A DNA stretch of 64,000 nt from Mytilus edulis (lineage: Eukaryota): NCBI RefSeq assembly GCF_963676685.1, contig NC_092355.1, positions 30,566,001-30,630,000 of the forward strand, in the 5' to 3' direction. Of the stretch, positions 45,401 through 58,312 are shown one piece after another. Within the stretch, counting starts at the first letter, position 1; every line of letters begins with the position of its first letter. Made by a program: the position numbers and the translations under genes. A model generated the notes under the pieces. The model was not told the origin of the DNA. It was given only the letters and a program-made list of their open reading frames with translations, and did no database searches.

Positions 45401-48034
45401 TTCCAGCGGGATTAAACGTTTTAATGTTACCAAACCTTCTCCCTTTTTCAGAAACAATAGTATAACATCACAACATAGAAAAACACACGATAAGATATCA
45501 ATTGGAAGGATATGTTTATTTCAATACCAGTCCTTTTTTTTCGAGAATTTAACTTATACAGATGCACACACGTAAACTTATGATACTGTAAATATTCACC
45601 AAAGACCTTTACAGATGAACAAAATGTGCATGACATGTGTTAATTTGCAGTTTGCTTAACCTCAGAAACACATTGCAAAGAATTATAAAATAACATATAT
45701 AGTAAACACTAATACATTGTATTATTCTGCATTATGTTTTATATGTACTCTTTTGTGTAATATAATATTTTCATGCAGAAAAAAAATCACCGATAAACCA
45801 TTTCATCGATTAGCGTTTTTCGAACAGTGCTTTCAGACGTTAATATAAATAAATCTTACCAAATTCACGCGCAAGGTATCGGGCAATGGCACCGGTCTGG
45901 TTAATCATAGTTTTATCATCCACAGTTAATACAGGCATCTGACCATAAGGTGTTTCTGAAATAAATCATAAACTCATGTTTTTAATAATGTCAATATTTT
46001 TTTTTCTCAATTTTATTGCAAACTGTGTTATTTATTGATATTGCTGTGAGGGTGTTAGCTTGATAAAATTATCTTTTTGTCAGAGATATTTTGATTAATG
46101 AAGAAGGATATGCAGCTTTCAACAATTACAGCCAATTACATTGTCCGTGTAGGTAAAGGTAATATCTTCGGTTATCTTGCTTGCTAGGTGAACCGTGAAG
46201 TCATTATTACGTAGGGTATTGTACCTTCCTTTCGCAGTAGTCTAGTCCTACAGACAGATATATTGGTTATCTGTTGGACTAGTCTACTCTTAACGGAGGG
46301 TAGTTTACATAAATTATAATGTCCTCAGGCTTTAGCTAGCATGTAAGCTTACCAAAGATATTTCCTTTACCTACATACCCAATGCAATCGGCTATATACG
46401 AAAAAAATACGTCAATTTGATAATTGCATGACAAAGAGAAATGCATTTAATGACTACCAGTACATGTTCATTACTAAATTAGTAAATTTTGCCTTTTTTT
46501 TAAATTGTTTAACAAAAGGCAAAATTTACTAATTTAGTAATGCATTGCATTGCATTTACATGTATAACCAAACATGATTTGCGAGTTCTTAATATTTAAA
46601 GCCGTTTAAAATATTTCAAATCGATTAATTTTGATTGACCTACAAATTTAAAGTTTTAAAACGAGAACAGCTTTAAACACAATTACAAATATACCGCCGT
46701 AAGCACGATTATTTTAAATTTGAAAGAATGTTTGTACTATGGTCTAAATGAGAAAATAACAGGCTGGGAAAAAAATGAAACAATAAATAAAAAATTGCAA
46801 TTCAACCTTAAAAGAATTTGAAATAATCGAAAAGGCGGAAATAAAAAATGGTTTGTTTCGCAAATGAAAGAGGGACGAAAGATACCAAAGGGACAGTCAA
46901 ACTCATAAATCTAAAATAAACTGACAACGCCATGGCTTAAAATGAAAAAGACAAACAGACAAACAATAGCACAAATATTTATTTAAGCTTTTTCTTGTCG
47001 TATAACACCCCGATATAAAAAGGTAAAAATATATTCAATTTTGTAGTTTATCCCTTTGGCCTTTCAGAACTCTTAAACATATTCTTATCTATTTGATTAC
47101 TGTGAAGATCGTCTAATGTTGTGATGGCCGTGATTCTATGTAATTTTTAGCATGCTACCGATCATTCCCCTTTAGGTAGGGTAGGGAAAAGGGGGATGGG
47201 TAGTTTGTTTCCTGGACAAACGTCATTTATAATTTTCAATACGATTTAAGAACACAATATTATTTTGAACCTTATGTGGGTTTTTTTTTCTTACTATAAA
47301 ATAAATACAAAATATTTTGTTCGTTTACCCTTAATTACCCCTTTAAAATATTATTTTTTTTTATATCAAGAATCAAACAATTTGATAATAAAATAATTCC
47401 TCCGACCAACACCCTTCCCCACAAGATATTCCGAGTGAATCAAATAAACAACATAAATTAAAGTTGACCCATATAAACCGTTTTATATGATTATACAAAA
47501 ATATAAAATATTCGATCTGATTTTACTGGTGTCATCTTCCAAATCTTGCTGCTTTGTAATTTTAACTCCCCCCCCCCTCCCCCCGCCCCATATTCCACTG
47601 TTTTGTTTTACCCCTATATACCACAGCTTATTCTTGTTTCCTCCATCCACACTTTTTACCCCCTTAGTATTCAAAATTCCCCCAAAACGTTATTTCTTCT
47701 CTCTTACTTGGTTTAAAAGCTGTCCATTCATCGCCACCTAATATCCCGTCCTCTATTTCGAAATCTAGATTTTTTTTTGTAAGTTTGTAAACTTCCCTTC
47801 TTGTTTCCCTTCTTTACCCCAAATATAAAAAACATTAATTTTCTACACCTAATCCCACATCCCCACTATTTTTACACCCTATATCCGCCTCCTCTTACTT
47901 GGTTTAAAAGCTGTCCATTTATCGCCACTTAATCTTTCGTCCTCAAAATCTTTTCCAGCTGCAGCAAAAACAAGTCGAGGCAATTCTCCTTTTCCTCTGA
48001 TGTCGAAGTAAGATATTTTGTATTTAGCAGGCAT
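42486..48034 (-). CDS. GSTS: Sigma-class glutathione S-transferase, paralog 5 (208 aa)
   Basis: Exons 47899-48034, 45860-45955, 44560-44675, 43363-43467, 42486-42659; open frame, GT-AG. MPAKYKISYFDIRGKGELPRL...KRPAADM*. Confidence 0.95.
43751..43889. mobile_element. Small PIF/Harbinger-like MITE
   Basis: TIRs GGCTGCGTTCAATATCGAAGCAGCTACG / CGTAGCTGCTACGATATTGATCTCAACC; 3-bp TSD CTG. Confidence 0.65.
46129..46394. mobile_element. Foldback MITE (same family as 2064-2331) in intron 1 of paralog 5
   Basis: CAGCCAATTACATTG...CAATGCAATCGGCT; internal similarity to 2064-2331. Confidence 0.75.
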
Positions 48035-48214
48035 TTTGATTAAATGTCGATGTCTTGATTACAAATGAAAAAATGAAAAGTTTGTATTAACTACATGTAC
48101 ATGTACCAAAGCTATTTAATATATACTTAAACCATGTCCTAGATTATATTGATCAGTAATCCATGACCTATATAATGACACTATCGATATTTTTATAAAG
48201 TTTTTAAAACTTGT

Positions 48215-49068
48215 ATAATTAGACAATATACGTATAGTGTCTTGAAATATGAAATTTATTTGTATGAGGCTTAGAAACAGGAAAATGTGAGGTTCTACCG
48301 AGCATTTTCCCGTTTCGTGCCGAATACAAATAAATTTCATATTTCAAGACACTATACGTATATTGTTTTTATACTGAAATCGATAAAAAAAAAATAAAAA
48401 ATAATAAAAATATGAAACAAATATTATTAAAAGTGTTTGGAATTTCCCCCTTGGGGTACCATTTTGGGGTATTTCCCTATGAGCGTAGTCTAGGCGGTAA
48501 GCATTGACAATTTAAGGAATTAGAAAGGAGGGGGAGGACAGGGGGGTACCCTTCTCCCTTCTCCCACCCCTCTTCTCCTTTCTCCTACCCCCGTTCTCCT
48601 TTCTCCCATTAGAATAAAACATCTCCTTTTGAGATATTTTTTCTTGAAATATTAGAAAATTTTTTAAAAGGAGAGATATTTTATTTTTTCTCCTTTCTCC
48701 AACTTTTTCTCCTTTCTCCCAGCCTTCCTCTCCTTTCTCCTACCCCCTTTCTCCTTTCTCCCACCCCCTTTCTCCTTTCTCCTACCCCCTTTCTCCCTGT
48801 CTCCCTTACCCCTGTCCTCCCCCTCAGAAAGGGAAACTGAATTTAATTAATAACATTTGATAAACATGGTATATAAATTACCAATTTGAAGACATAACAG
48901 GTTAAAATTCATAAAAGTTTGACCATTGTTACTACACATTGTCATGGTTGTGACGTGACGTTGTAAGTAGGCGGGGCTTATAGGTGAGTTGAGGTCATTG
49001 ACGTATAAAGCTAACGTTTATACGTATAGCTTTATCTGTATAGTAAAATAGCTGATTGCAGTATAAAA
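48215..49068. mobile_element. Hairpin-ended insertion in the paralog 5 promoter, containing a nested GAG...CTC TIR element (48528-48825)
   Basis: Absent from the paralog 4 promoter. ~43-bp inverted repeat at 48223-48366; TTTTATACTG/CAGTATAAAA IR. Nested element has GAGGGGGAGGACAGGGG TIRs, CT-rich repeats and flanking AGAAAG duplication. Confidence 0.7.
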
Positions 49069-49972
49069 AGATTTAGATAGTTCTTCTGGCTACACGTTAG
49101 CGGTAGGAATGTTTATTTAACTGATTAGTACAGGTCGAACTGACGTTCCCATTGAATGAGTCTTCTAGTAAATGACCATCTGACACAATATTAGTGTCAT
49201 AATGACTTGACAAAAACATATAAGAAATAAATAGAAAGTGATCGCCAACCTTTACTCTTTCCTGTATTTTTAGCTGAAATTTCTATACTGAATATGAATA
49301 TTAAATGATATCTACATATACATCTACATTGCACGTTGAACTGTCCATCTTGATCAATACGCAATGCTTCCGGTTGGCACAAGAAATAGAGCAATTTTAT
49401 AAGATTAAGCCAAATATATTTAATGCAACTTGTAGAAAGAATAATAAAAAGAAAGAACTATAATGTAAAGGAAAGAAGGAAAGAAAGGTAGAAAGAACGA
49501 AAGGGGGAAATAATTTGCTTTTCTTTCATCCGGCCTGAACCAATCCGGCTGCCGTGGCTGAACCAGGGAAATGATCTCCACCGGGACAGCCCAGTCCGTC
49601 ATTTGACTTACTTGGCTAATGGGGTACTGAACAGACATTGGATCAAATAATCCACCACTGCCTTACATAGTGTACTTGTTTTTAAGTGAGATTACCGCCC
49701 CTCCGCTTCCTTCAGTTTTTGTCTTCCGGGTTCCTCTTATTAGCAGTTTGGACCCCGGTGTTTTTGTACGGGAGAAGTGGTGATATGGGGTTGAATTGGC
49801 CTTAATTTATTACTATTGAAATGACAAGTTTAGTCTTTCATAAAAGAAGATTCTTCTAAAGTTAAAACGGTGACGTCTTGATAGAAAGCATGAGTATAAC
49901 TGACAACAAATGACTAAATTTTAATTACAATTATACTCATGTTTTAGCATTCACTTCTTTGTGTATACCCAG

Positions 49973-50134
49973 CAGAGACGGATTTAGGAAGGGGGGCCCA
50001 GGAGGCCCGGTCCCACCCTTTTTGGGGAAAAAATTGGTTGCTTATATAGGGAATCACTGAAGCGTGACTGGAGTGGCCCCCCTCTTAAGCAGTTAGTGGG
50101 CCCCCACTTATGAAAATTTCTAGATCCGCCAGTG
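49973..50134. mobile_element. MITE with 5-bp TSD
   Basis: TIRs CAGAGACGGATTTAG / CTAGATCCGCCAGTG; TSD CCCAG; empty site visible in the paralogous sequence at 38988-38992. Confidence 0.8.
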
Positions 50135-50944
50135 CCCAGCGTCACCGTTATTTCATATTGAAACAGTATTAAAATCAAATGCCGCTCGTAAATGTATGTA
50201 GTATAAAGAGTGATGTCAACAGATTTCTAGACTTATGATCATTGTAGATGAGCAGTTATTACACATTATTTTACTTACAAAACTCGGCCAAATGACCTTT
50301 TCTATAACAGTAATTATAAACGTTTCAGGCTTTCCTCCGAAAATAGTTTTGTAAGTTTTAAAGATTTTTAAAGGCAGGACAGAGATTACAACTGACAATG
50401 CTGGACAACATTTTTCATCCTAGCCTCCTCCTCCCATTAAAAATCAAATGGAAGCTTCCTAACATGACTACAGTGCATTTTTATAGTCTTGCGCTTTGTT
50501 TACAAATATTCATTGAGATCGTCAAATAATCGATTTTTGTTTGTTTGGAGACCTTTTTATTAAGATTTACGAATACAACTTTTCATTAAACAGACATATT
50601 ATTTTAACATTTTCATACTATATAACACCTAGTATACAGTTATGAAAACAATTGATACTGTTATAAAAGATTTTCATACAATTTGGACGAAAAAAACTTT
50701 AATATGAGCATGATGAGTGCTGAAACTAAAACGGGACAAACGGAAGGACGGACGACCAAGAGTAACAATTATGCAACCATTGCCTAAAGCTATTGAATAA
50801 TATTCTATATTAGTAAACTGTTTTTGTAGTTATGAACAAATGTTTTCTCATGTGTTGCTTTGTTGAATATGGATAGTATATTGTAGTTCATCCTTAATTT
50901 AAGAGTCCGCCATAGACATACATGCATGATAATGATGAAGATGG

Positions 50945-51291
50945 ATGGCTACTTATCGTTAAGCAGCAAATAAATATGCATATTCAGGAGAAGAATATTA
51001 TGTTAATGTGATATGCATATTAACCCTGTTTTACTAGACCAACACTCTGAGCCGAATTATAACGTGCTAATTCAAGGTAACAGTCCACAGGAAGACAAGT
51101 TACCTTACTCGGACACAATATTCTGACCTCTAACCGACTAGTCTTAAAAGTTTGCTGTTACTCCTTAGTGCCACGTTCGGAGAAGCAGCAAATATCAATT
51201 TTAACGTCTTTGTTTTTATAAAGCCGCAGTCTGAATCCACAACATCTCGCAATCGAGACGAACTCGCGATACCACGAGAACACTGAGGCGG
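50945..51291 (-). mobile_element. Meta-SINE-like element; related copy at ~585-930
   Basis: CTAGACCAACAC...ACTCGGACACA-ATTCTGA...CCAGTCTT...TTACTCCT...GGAGAAGCAGCAAATATCAAT shared by both copies; reverse tRNA-like head at the right end. Confidence 0.5.
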
Positions 51292-54200
51292 TATATGCAT
51301 ATTTTCATCTCTATCCCTGGTTCTCAACTTTATAGTTACAAGGTTTTATATTATATATGGCTTCTTAGTATATTTGTTTTCTTCAAGCCAATTCGCTCCG
51401 AATATTCTCCTGAATTCAATATTTAATAAATATCATTCAAAATAAGTGACGGGTACATGTACATAAATATAAAAAGATATGATATGAGTGCCAATGAGAC
51501 AATTCTCAATTTAAGTCACAATTTATAAAAGTAAACCATTACAGGTGAAAGTACGGTCGTAAACACGGAGCCTTGGCTCACACCGATCAGCAAGCTATAA
51601 AGGGCCCCAACAATTACTAGTGTAAAACCAGTAACGTGCTTTTTGTTTTATTCCTTCGGAGCTTAAAAGTAAGTCCTTGACGAGGTGCAAAAATAACAAG
51701 ATATGGGATAATTGCCAATGAGACAACTCTCCACCAGGGACTAAATTACATATAGAAGTTAACAACTTCCGGTTACCATACAGCCTTCGATGATAATGCG
51801 TTAAACCCATACCGCTTAGTTAGCTATACTTACTTACAATGTTGACTCTGGTTTTAGAAATAACTGTATGAAAGAATCGTGGCAAAGTTCCCCTCATTTT
51901 TTTCACGAATTGCAATTTGCTAATTGGTAAGAAAATGCATTAAACAGAAACATGTAGGGCATACTGTATATACTAGTATATAATGCTGGCGTCACATATT
52001 GACGTATAGACCGGCGTGCACCAGACATACAGAGAAAATTGACAAAGTCCGTATACATTAGTTGCACGCTAGAGGAACGCTAAGTAATCGTTAAACGCGC
52101 GTTGCATAAGTTTGAAGTACGTCGAAATGCAAAGGTATACGCTTGGGGAACGCTATAACTCCAGGAAATTTTAATGCAGCTTAAACATTTTCATCCAGCT
52201 CAAGTGTGTACCAGTACGCTACACACACGCTATACATACGCTACAAGCGTGCTGAAAACGCTACAGATAAGTTTGAGACACGTTGAGAGCACGTTTTATA
52301 CGCTTCAAGATCGACTTTAACTCAAACGTATGCGGGTGTGTTTGTAACAAACACCCCATAATTAAACGTCCCAGACACGCCGAAAGCACGATGTATCGTC
52401 CCAGATACGACCGGGACGTGTCTCAAATACGTTCAAGAAACTATTTTCCTTCGTAGCGTGCATTCTATCCACGTTAGACAAACGCCAGAAATACGTTAAC
52501 ATACGTTACTTGAACGCCCGATAAACTGTTAGGTACGCTGTTCGTACGCCCAATACGCGCTTAAAGTTCGTTGTGCACACGATACAGATATGATTGACAT
52601 ATTTAATATGTAAAATTTATATAGTCTGATGTATTGTTAAGTGTATGTATTTACTCTATGAAAAAAATTCGAGTTGTAAAAAATGAAATATTGAATTCGA
52701 TTTCTTAAATTTCTTTGCACTTTAACCCTAAAAGGCAGCCATTAAAGTTTTTCCTTAAATCTTAACTTACTTTTCTATCACTTTAAATTTAGTTAATTTC
52801 GTGTACATCAGTGTTCTTGTTTTCTGCAGATATCTTACTTTGTAATATTTCATTCTGCTCAAGAAAATATATCAGGAGCGAATTGCGTAATTTTATTTAT
52901 TAACGTTGAGTTATATTTTAATATGATTAAGTTAAGAACGTATCAAATTATTGTCACACTGGTGGTTTTACTTGCACAATTATTTTTCAAATAAAGATTT
53001 AGGTGACAAAGTTAATAGGCTTATACTGAACATTGAATTAATCTTCATTATAAATTTCTAATCTGCTTTATTTATTGGATCAAATTATCGTCAAAGTCGC
53101 ATTTACTTGATAACAAAAACGTTTTGAAAATTAGCTTCATAATCTGCTCGGAAAACGTTTTCACAAGGCATTAACACATGATAGGGCATAAAAGGGATGC
53201 TATGATAATGCTATCATCTGCTCGTTTATTTGAAAAGTTATCGACTCTGATTGAATAATGCGTTTAATGTATTTTGAAGTACAAACCTTTCCTTGAGTTT
53301 CAATATAAGGTTTCAAAACACTTATAAAATGATAGTATATAAATAAAGGAATAAAAAAAATAAAATAAAAAATATTCAAGGGTCCGTTAGCTTTCGTTCG
53401 AGATATAAGCCTTTGAAAAATTGGCGGGAAATGATTCTCTCAAGACTTTTCACACATTTAACTCTGGCACCTTGTTCCTTTGAAAAACTATGAAAAAATA
53501 ACAATAATTATTGTTTTATAAGATGATCAAATATGGCGTTTAAAACTATATGTAATAGGAAAATATGGAATCGAAGCAGAGTTTAGAGGGCAATACTTTT
53601 TATGTCATTACATGGATAAAACCAGAGAAATCCGAGTATTCTTTAAAAAATTTAAAAACAAGGTTTAAAGGAACGAACATCCTTTAATAGAACTAACAAC
53701 TACAAATGCATAAAGTTTTGAAAAGTTAAAGGTGTTAAATAAACTAGAGTCGTGATGAGGTTTACGAAAAAGAGCAAAAGGGAAAAAGAAGAGAAAAAAA
53801 TGTAAACTAACTTCAAGTTTAAGAATAAAGAAAATAAGTTTACTAAGTTTTACGGACGCCATTACGAGTTGGTTTTAATACTGTCGTGAAAGATCAGTTT
53901 CACAGATGAAAGCGTTCATTTTCTTTATGTCGAAACTACAATTTTGTCCCCTTTTCCGGAACGTGGACTAACGAATTTAAATATATCAGGGTTTGTGCTA
54001 ACATTAACAATACGGCAGGTGCCACATGTGGAACAGGATCTGCTTATCTTTACGGTACACCTGGGATAATTCCCAGTGCTGGTGCGGTTTGTGTTACGCA
54101 ATCATAATTTTTCTATGTTGCTTTTTTTGTACTTATGTGTGTCTGTTTATCTGTTAATCTTTGTCTTTAATAGATTTTAATTTCGGATTGTTTATATGCG

Positions 54201-56096
54201 GGGTATCGTTTATTTATCTACAGGAAATGTTTAATCAACTTCAATGGCTATTACTTTATTTGCACTTTATTTAACTTCTAATCCAGAAGTCGTAAGAGAA
54301 CCAGCGGGGTATCATCTATTTATCTGCATGCACTGTTGAAGGAATAATAACAGCTTCATTTCCAGCAGTGTTTATAATATTTCCAATGCACAAGAGTACA
54401 ATGTAATTTAAAATGAAGATACAAACTGTGTTTAAAAAAAACTTCTTACATCATTGCCTAGCATAGCTCTCCACGTGATGCTATCATTAACCATTTTTTT
54501 TGGAATTTAATTTACCAAGTAATAGCTTAATATGTATCATACCGTTATTGATATTTTAAGAGGCGATGGATCATTTTGCGTATTTTGATAGTACAAAATG
54601 TGAACAGCGACAAGCTTCACTCGGCAAACCTCGGTAGATTCCGCTGTCCTACATCTTGTTAGATCTATCATCGAGGTGTGCCGAATGCAAAAAAAAACCC
54701 CCTTATATTTTGACATGTCACTGCCTACGTCAAGAAAGGATTTTATTTAAAACTTCTCTTTAAAGACTGTGGTTTAAAGTACTATGACAGTTTATTTGGT
54801 ATAATACTAATTAAAATAAACAACTTGTAAGAGTGCACGAACATGTTCAATAGTAAAATATTCTGTTAGATACTGTGTCTAGAGTTTATGTAAAGATAAA
54901 GTTTTTCGGGTAGTATTTCATGTTAAAGATGTATATGTTTTTTTTTTTTTGGTTTTATACATTATTACGTTTTTCTTGTTCAGGTTTTAAAACTCTGTGG
55001 ACATAAATTCATATCCAATGATTTTTTACAAGTTTTTTTTACTTATAATAAGCGTTTCAGTCGTATTAGTCTATAGAAACAAAGACTTTGTACTAGGTGA
55101 CAAAAAGATCATATTTTAGAATACGATATATGCAATTTCAATTTCTTGGATTTCAATTTCACGAAAAGTGTTTTTGAAACTTAATTTATTTTAAATGTTT
55201 CTTCAATGTTGATTAATTCATATGAGTATTATTTCGTTCTTATTAATGTCAGATAATCTGAGTACACTGCAAGTTAACATATATTCTTAACTTTGATCTG
55301 AGATCAAACTTCGTTTACACTTTTTAAATAATTCAACAGTCATTCAATAGAGAAATGACAACCGACACAGGAATAAAAAAGAAATATTAACTATCAATTC
55401 ACATGCACACATAACCTCCAATGTCGTTTCTTGAATGTTAAAAAACGTTTGAGCATTCTCAGATCGATTTAGCAAAAAATATCGATGGTTCAGCATTTCT
55501 ATACATCCAACAAAACATACACTAAGTTACTGAGTTAATTAGTGCATGCACCCAATTTTTGGGCCGGAAATATGGAGGTTTTTGGTTTAAAATATGTGCA
55601 AAATATTATATAAACAATCTTTATATCGAGTTGACTTTAATCCTCAATTGACAGAACTGGTACAATCTAATAAGTTTTGATAATGTCTACAGATATAACT
55701 TGATTGAGCAGTTGATGAAATCGAACATCGTCTAATTCATTTTCAAAACTCGTGACTATCAAAGTTGCATCTACTGACAAAATAATTGTATTCCTCATAT
55801 CAGATATGGACTGAAACGCAGCCTTTCACCTCATTTCATAATCAATGAATTTTATGTCCAGATGACATATTTTTTAGAACACTCGATTCTGACTATTACA
55901 GGCGCGTATTATTTCTCCACGAGTTTGATCTCAGATATTGAATCTAACGCAAACTTTAATCAGTCACTCATATGTGAAATGTAGGTCAAGATAATCTTAT
56001 TTTCATCAGGATTCCTTGGTTTTTCAAGGCTGATCTATGAACAAAATCTCATGAACAAAATCTCATGAACTATTACTTATACTTCCACATATAGAT

Positions 56097-56416
56097 GGGG
56101 TGTCGTTGTGTAGTGGTTAGTGTATCGGACTCCTAACACAAATGTTCCTCGTTCGATCCCCGATCCGACCCTCCCTTGACACCATTTGCGTGATCTCGAG
56201 AAACGATGATAGTCCGTCGGAAGGGGACGATAAATGGCTGACCCATGTTAAGAGAGAGTCATATATATTGCACGTAAAAGACACCCTTGCAGATTTCGAA
56301 AAAGAAAAGGATAAATCCGCTAAAAGGCAGCACTCGGACCCGCAAAGTGGAAAGGGATTAATAAAAGTTGCAAAAACTTGTTTTCCAATCCACTTAAATA
56401 CATATGTTTTAACTAG
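56097..56416 (+). mobile_element. tRNA-derived SINE with Deu/Nin-like central domain
   Basis: tRNA-like head with A box (TGTGTAGTGG) and B box (GTTCGATCCCC); central GGAAGGGGACGATAAA...TGCACGTAAAAGACACCC; flanking direct repeat ATAGATGG (56091-56098, 56417-56424). Confidence 0.7.
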
Positions 56417-56977
56417 ATAGATGGACTTTTACTTTATGATGGACAGACGAAACACTGAATCCTCCCTCGATTTCGTTTGACAAAATATATAAACCTTAAA
56501 GCAAACACAATTTCAAATTATTCCTCTCAGCAAAGTTTGAGAAATCTTAATATCCATAATGTTTTCATTTCTATTCGCTTTTTGGTGAAATTTAAAAGTA
56601 TCAACAAACAGTCATAAAAATAGGAATGTAGCTTTGTTTGATATCTAACCATGAATTCTGCTCAAAACCAATGCAAAGGGTTAACTTGAACTTATTATCA
56701 GTTATAAGAAATATTGATCATTGTTGAATGCCTCATGATGACTTGAAGATGAAGGACAACAATAAAAACGTACCATATTTGGGTTTTACCATGTATTGAT
56801 ATTAATAGTGTCTCATGTACATTTACTCTATATTCCCTTCATACTTTCATTGGGTATACGACAGACTAAAAAACTGCTTAATTCATACTACAACTAAATA
56901 TTAGAAAGCTTCAGACAGTGTAGTAAATTATTCTCTTCGTAACAACTGAGAAATCCTTTACAAAATGTATTCATTTC

Positions 56978-58312
56978 CAGTGTTCTCCCCAGAAATTTTT
57001 GAAGGCGCAAAATTCAAGGGCGCGTAACTCTTTTTTTGGGTGAAATATTGTGACACGAAAGCAATCAGTCATAAATCATGGCATGCAATATGAATAATAA
57101 GGCTTTGTGACATGTATTTAATAATGCATAGTATTTATAAATTAAAAGAATATATACATGATGATGTATGAAATGAACTGATTTCAGTTTAAAAAAAAAG
57201 TAAATAAAGTTAAAGAAAAGATCCTCCTGTTCTTTTGGGTCTTCCAGTGCTGAACAGCTTCAGAAATATCTATCTCTGTACTCTCTTCTCCTTCTAGGGA
57301 TATAGTCACAAGACAGTTTGTTATCTTATTTGATAGCCTGTTCCTCAACTCTGTCTTGATCCTCTTTAGGGTTGAAAATCCCCTTTCACAATCTAAAATA
57401 TAAATAAATTAATACCTGAATTTTTATATTTCAACTAGCAACTTAAATAAATAGTATGATAAATGAAAAGATTATGCATACTCATGTTATGATGTAAAAG
57501 ATTTTATTTAGGATATATGTATTTACCTGCAGTAGATGTAGGCAATAATAAGCCAACAGCTGATAGGCTGGACAACAGAGGAAAACCTGCTGCTAACTTG
57601 CCAGCCAATTGCTGCATGATCAAACTAGCAGATAGAGACTTGAGGCTGTCATCAGTGTTAATTGTATTCTTTAGTAGCCTCCACTCCTGGCTTAATGGCA
57701 CCAGATCCATTTTGAAGTGGTCTGAAAGGATCTGAAAAAGATATATTTTCAATTTGAAAAAATAAAATAAATGAATGGAATAAAATAATAAAGAGCCAAA
57801 CAAACTTTTAGTTGTTATACTTTGTTATATTACATAGAAGAAGTACATGTATAAAGCTATTTACCCCTATTTGCTCCCTGCCATAACCCTCAGCTTCTTC
57901 TGGATCTTCTGGAACACTGTTGGGGTCAAACACAGAAAAGCTTTCCAACAGAGAATCTGGAAACCTCTTCTCCAAATTCTCCACCACATGGTCAATGTAT
58001 GGAAAGTAGACCTAAAATGTATTTTGGAAATGTTTACATTGTGAACAATTTTATAGAACAGACATATTCAATTTACAAATCCATATTATTGGTATGTCAT
58101 ATACATGTACTTATGAATTACCTGTCTTTCAAATTTATCAAATTCCTCCTCTGTTGGACTCTTGACTTTGAAGTTTTCTTTGATTAAATCATCTATCACT
58201 TTCCTCACTGAAGCATAATGTTCCCCATGCCTTTCTTTAAATGATTGGATGGTCTTTATAGTTCCAGTCACAAGAGGTCTTACTACTGTGTAGTCTGCAT
58301 CTTTTCTCAAAT
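56978..58312 (-). mobile_element. 5'-truncated hAT DNA transposon with intron-containing transposase (ZNF862-like)
   Basis: CAGTG terminus at 56978; spliced transposase C-terminal half described in the next feature. Confidence 0.72.
57184..58310 (-). pseudogene. hAT transposase C-terminal fragment with hAT dimerization domain
   Basis: Exons ~58122-58310, 57865-58011, 57527-57731, 57184-57392 join in frame at GT-AG sites: ...YIDHVVENLEKRFPDSLLESFSVFDP...EWRLLK...FPLLSSLSAVGLLLPTSTADCERGFSTLKRIKTELRNRL... The P-x-S-T-A-x-C-E-R-x-F-S motif marks the hAT dimerization domain. Confidence 0.85.

Noticed and set aside
13533-48034. S-crystallin or prostaglandin D synthase assignment
   Set aside because: The proteins are 208 aa and lack the long alpha4-alpha5 insert of cephalopod S-crystallins. 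PGD-synthase activity cannot be inferred from sequence alone.
56097-56170. tRNA gene
   Set aside because: The acceptor stem is poor and the sequence runs into a SINE body with flanking direct repeats, so it is a SINE head.
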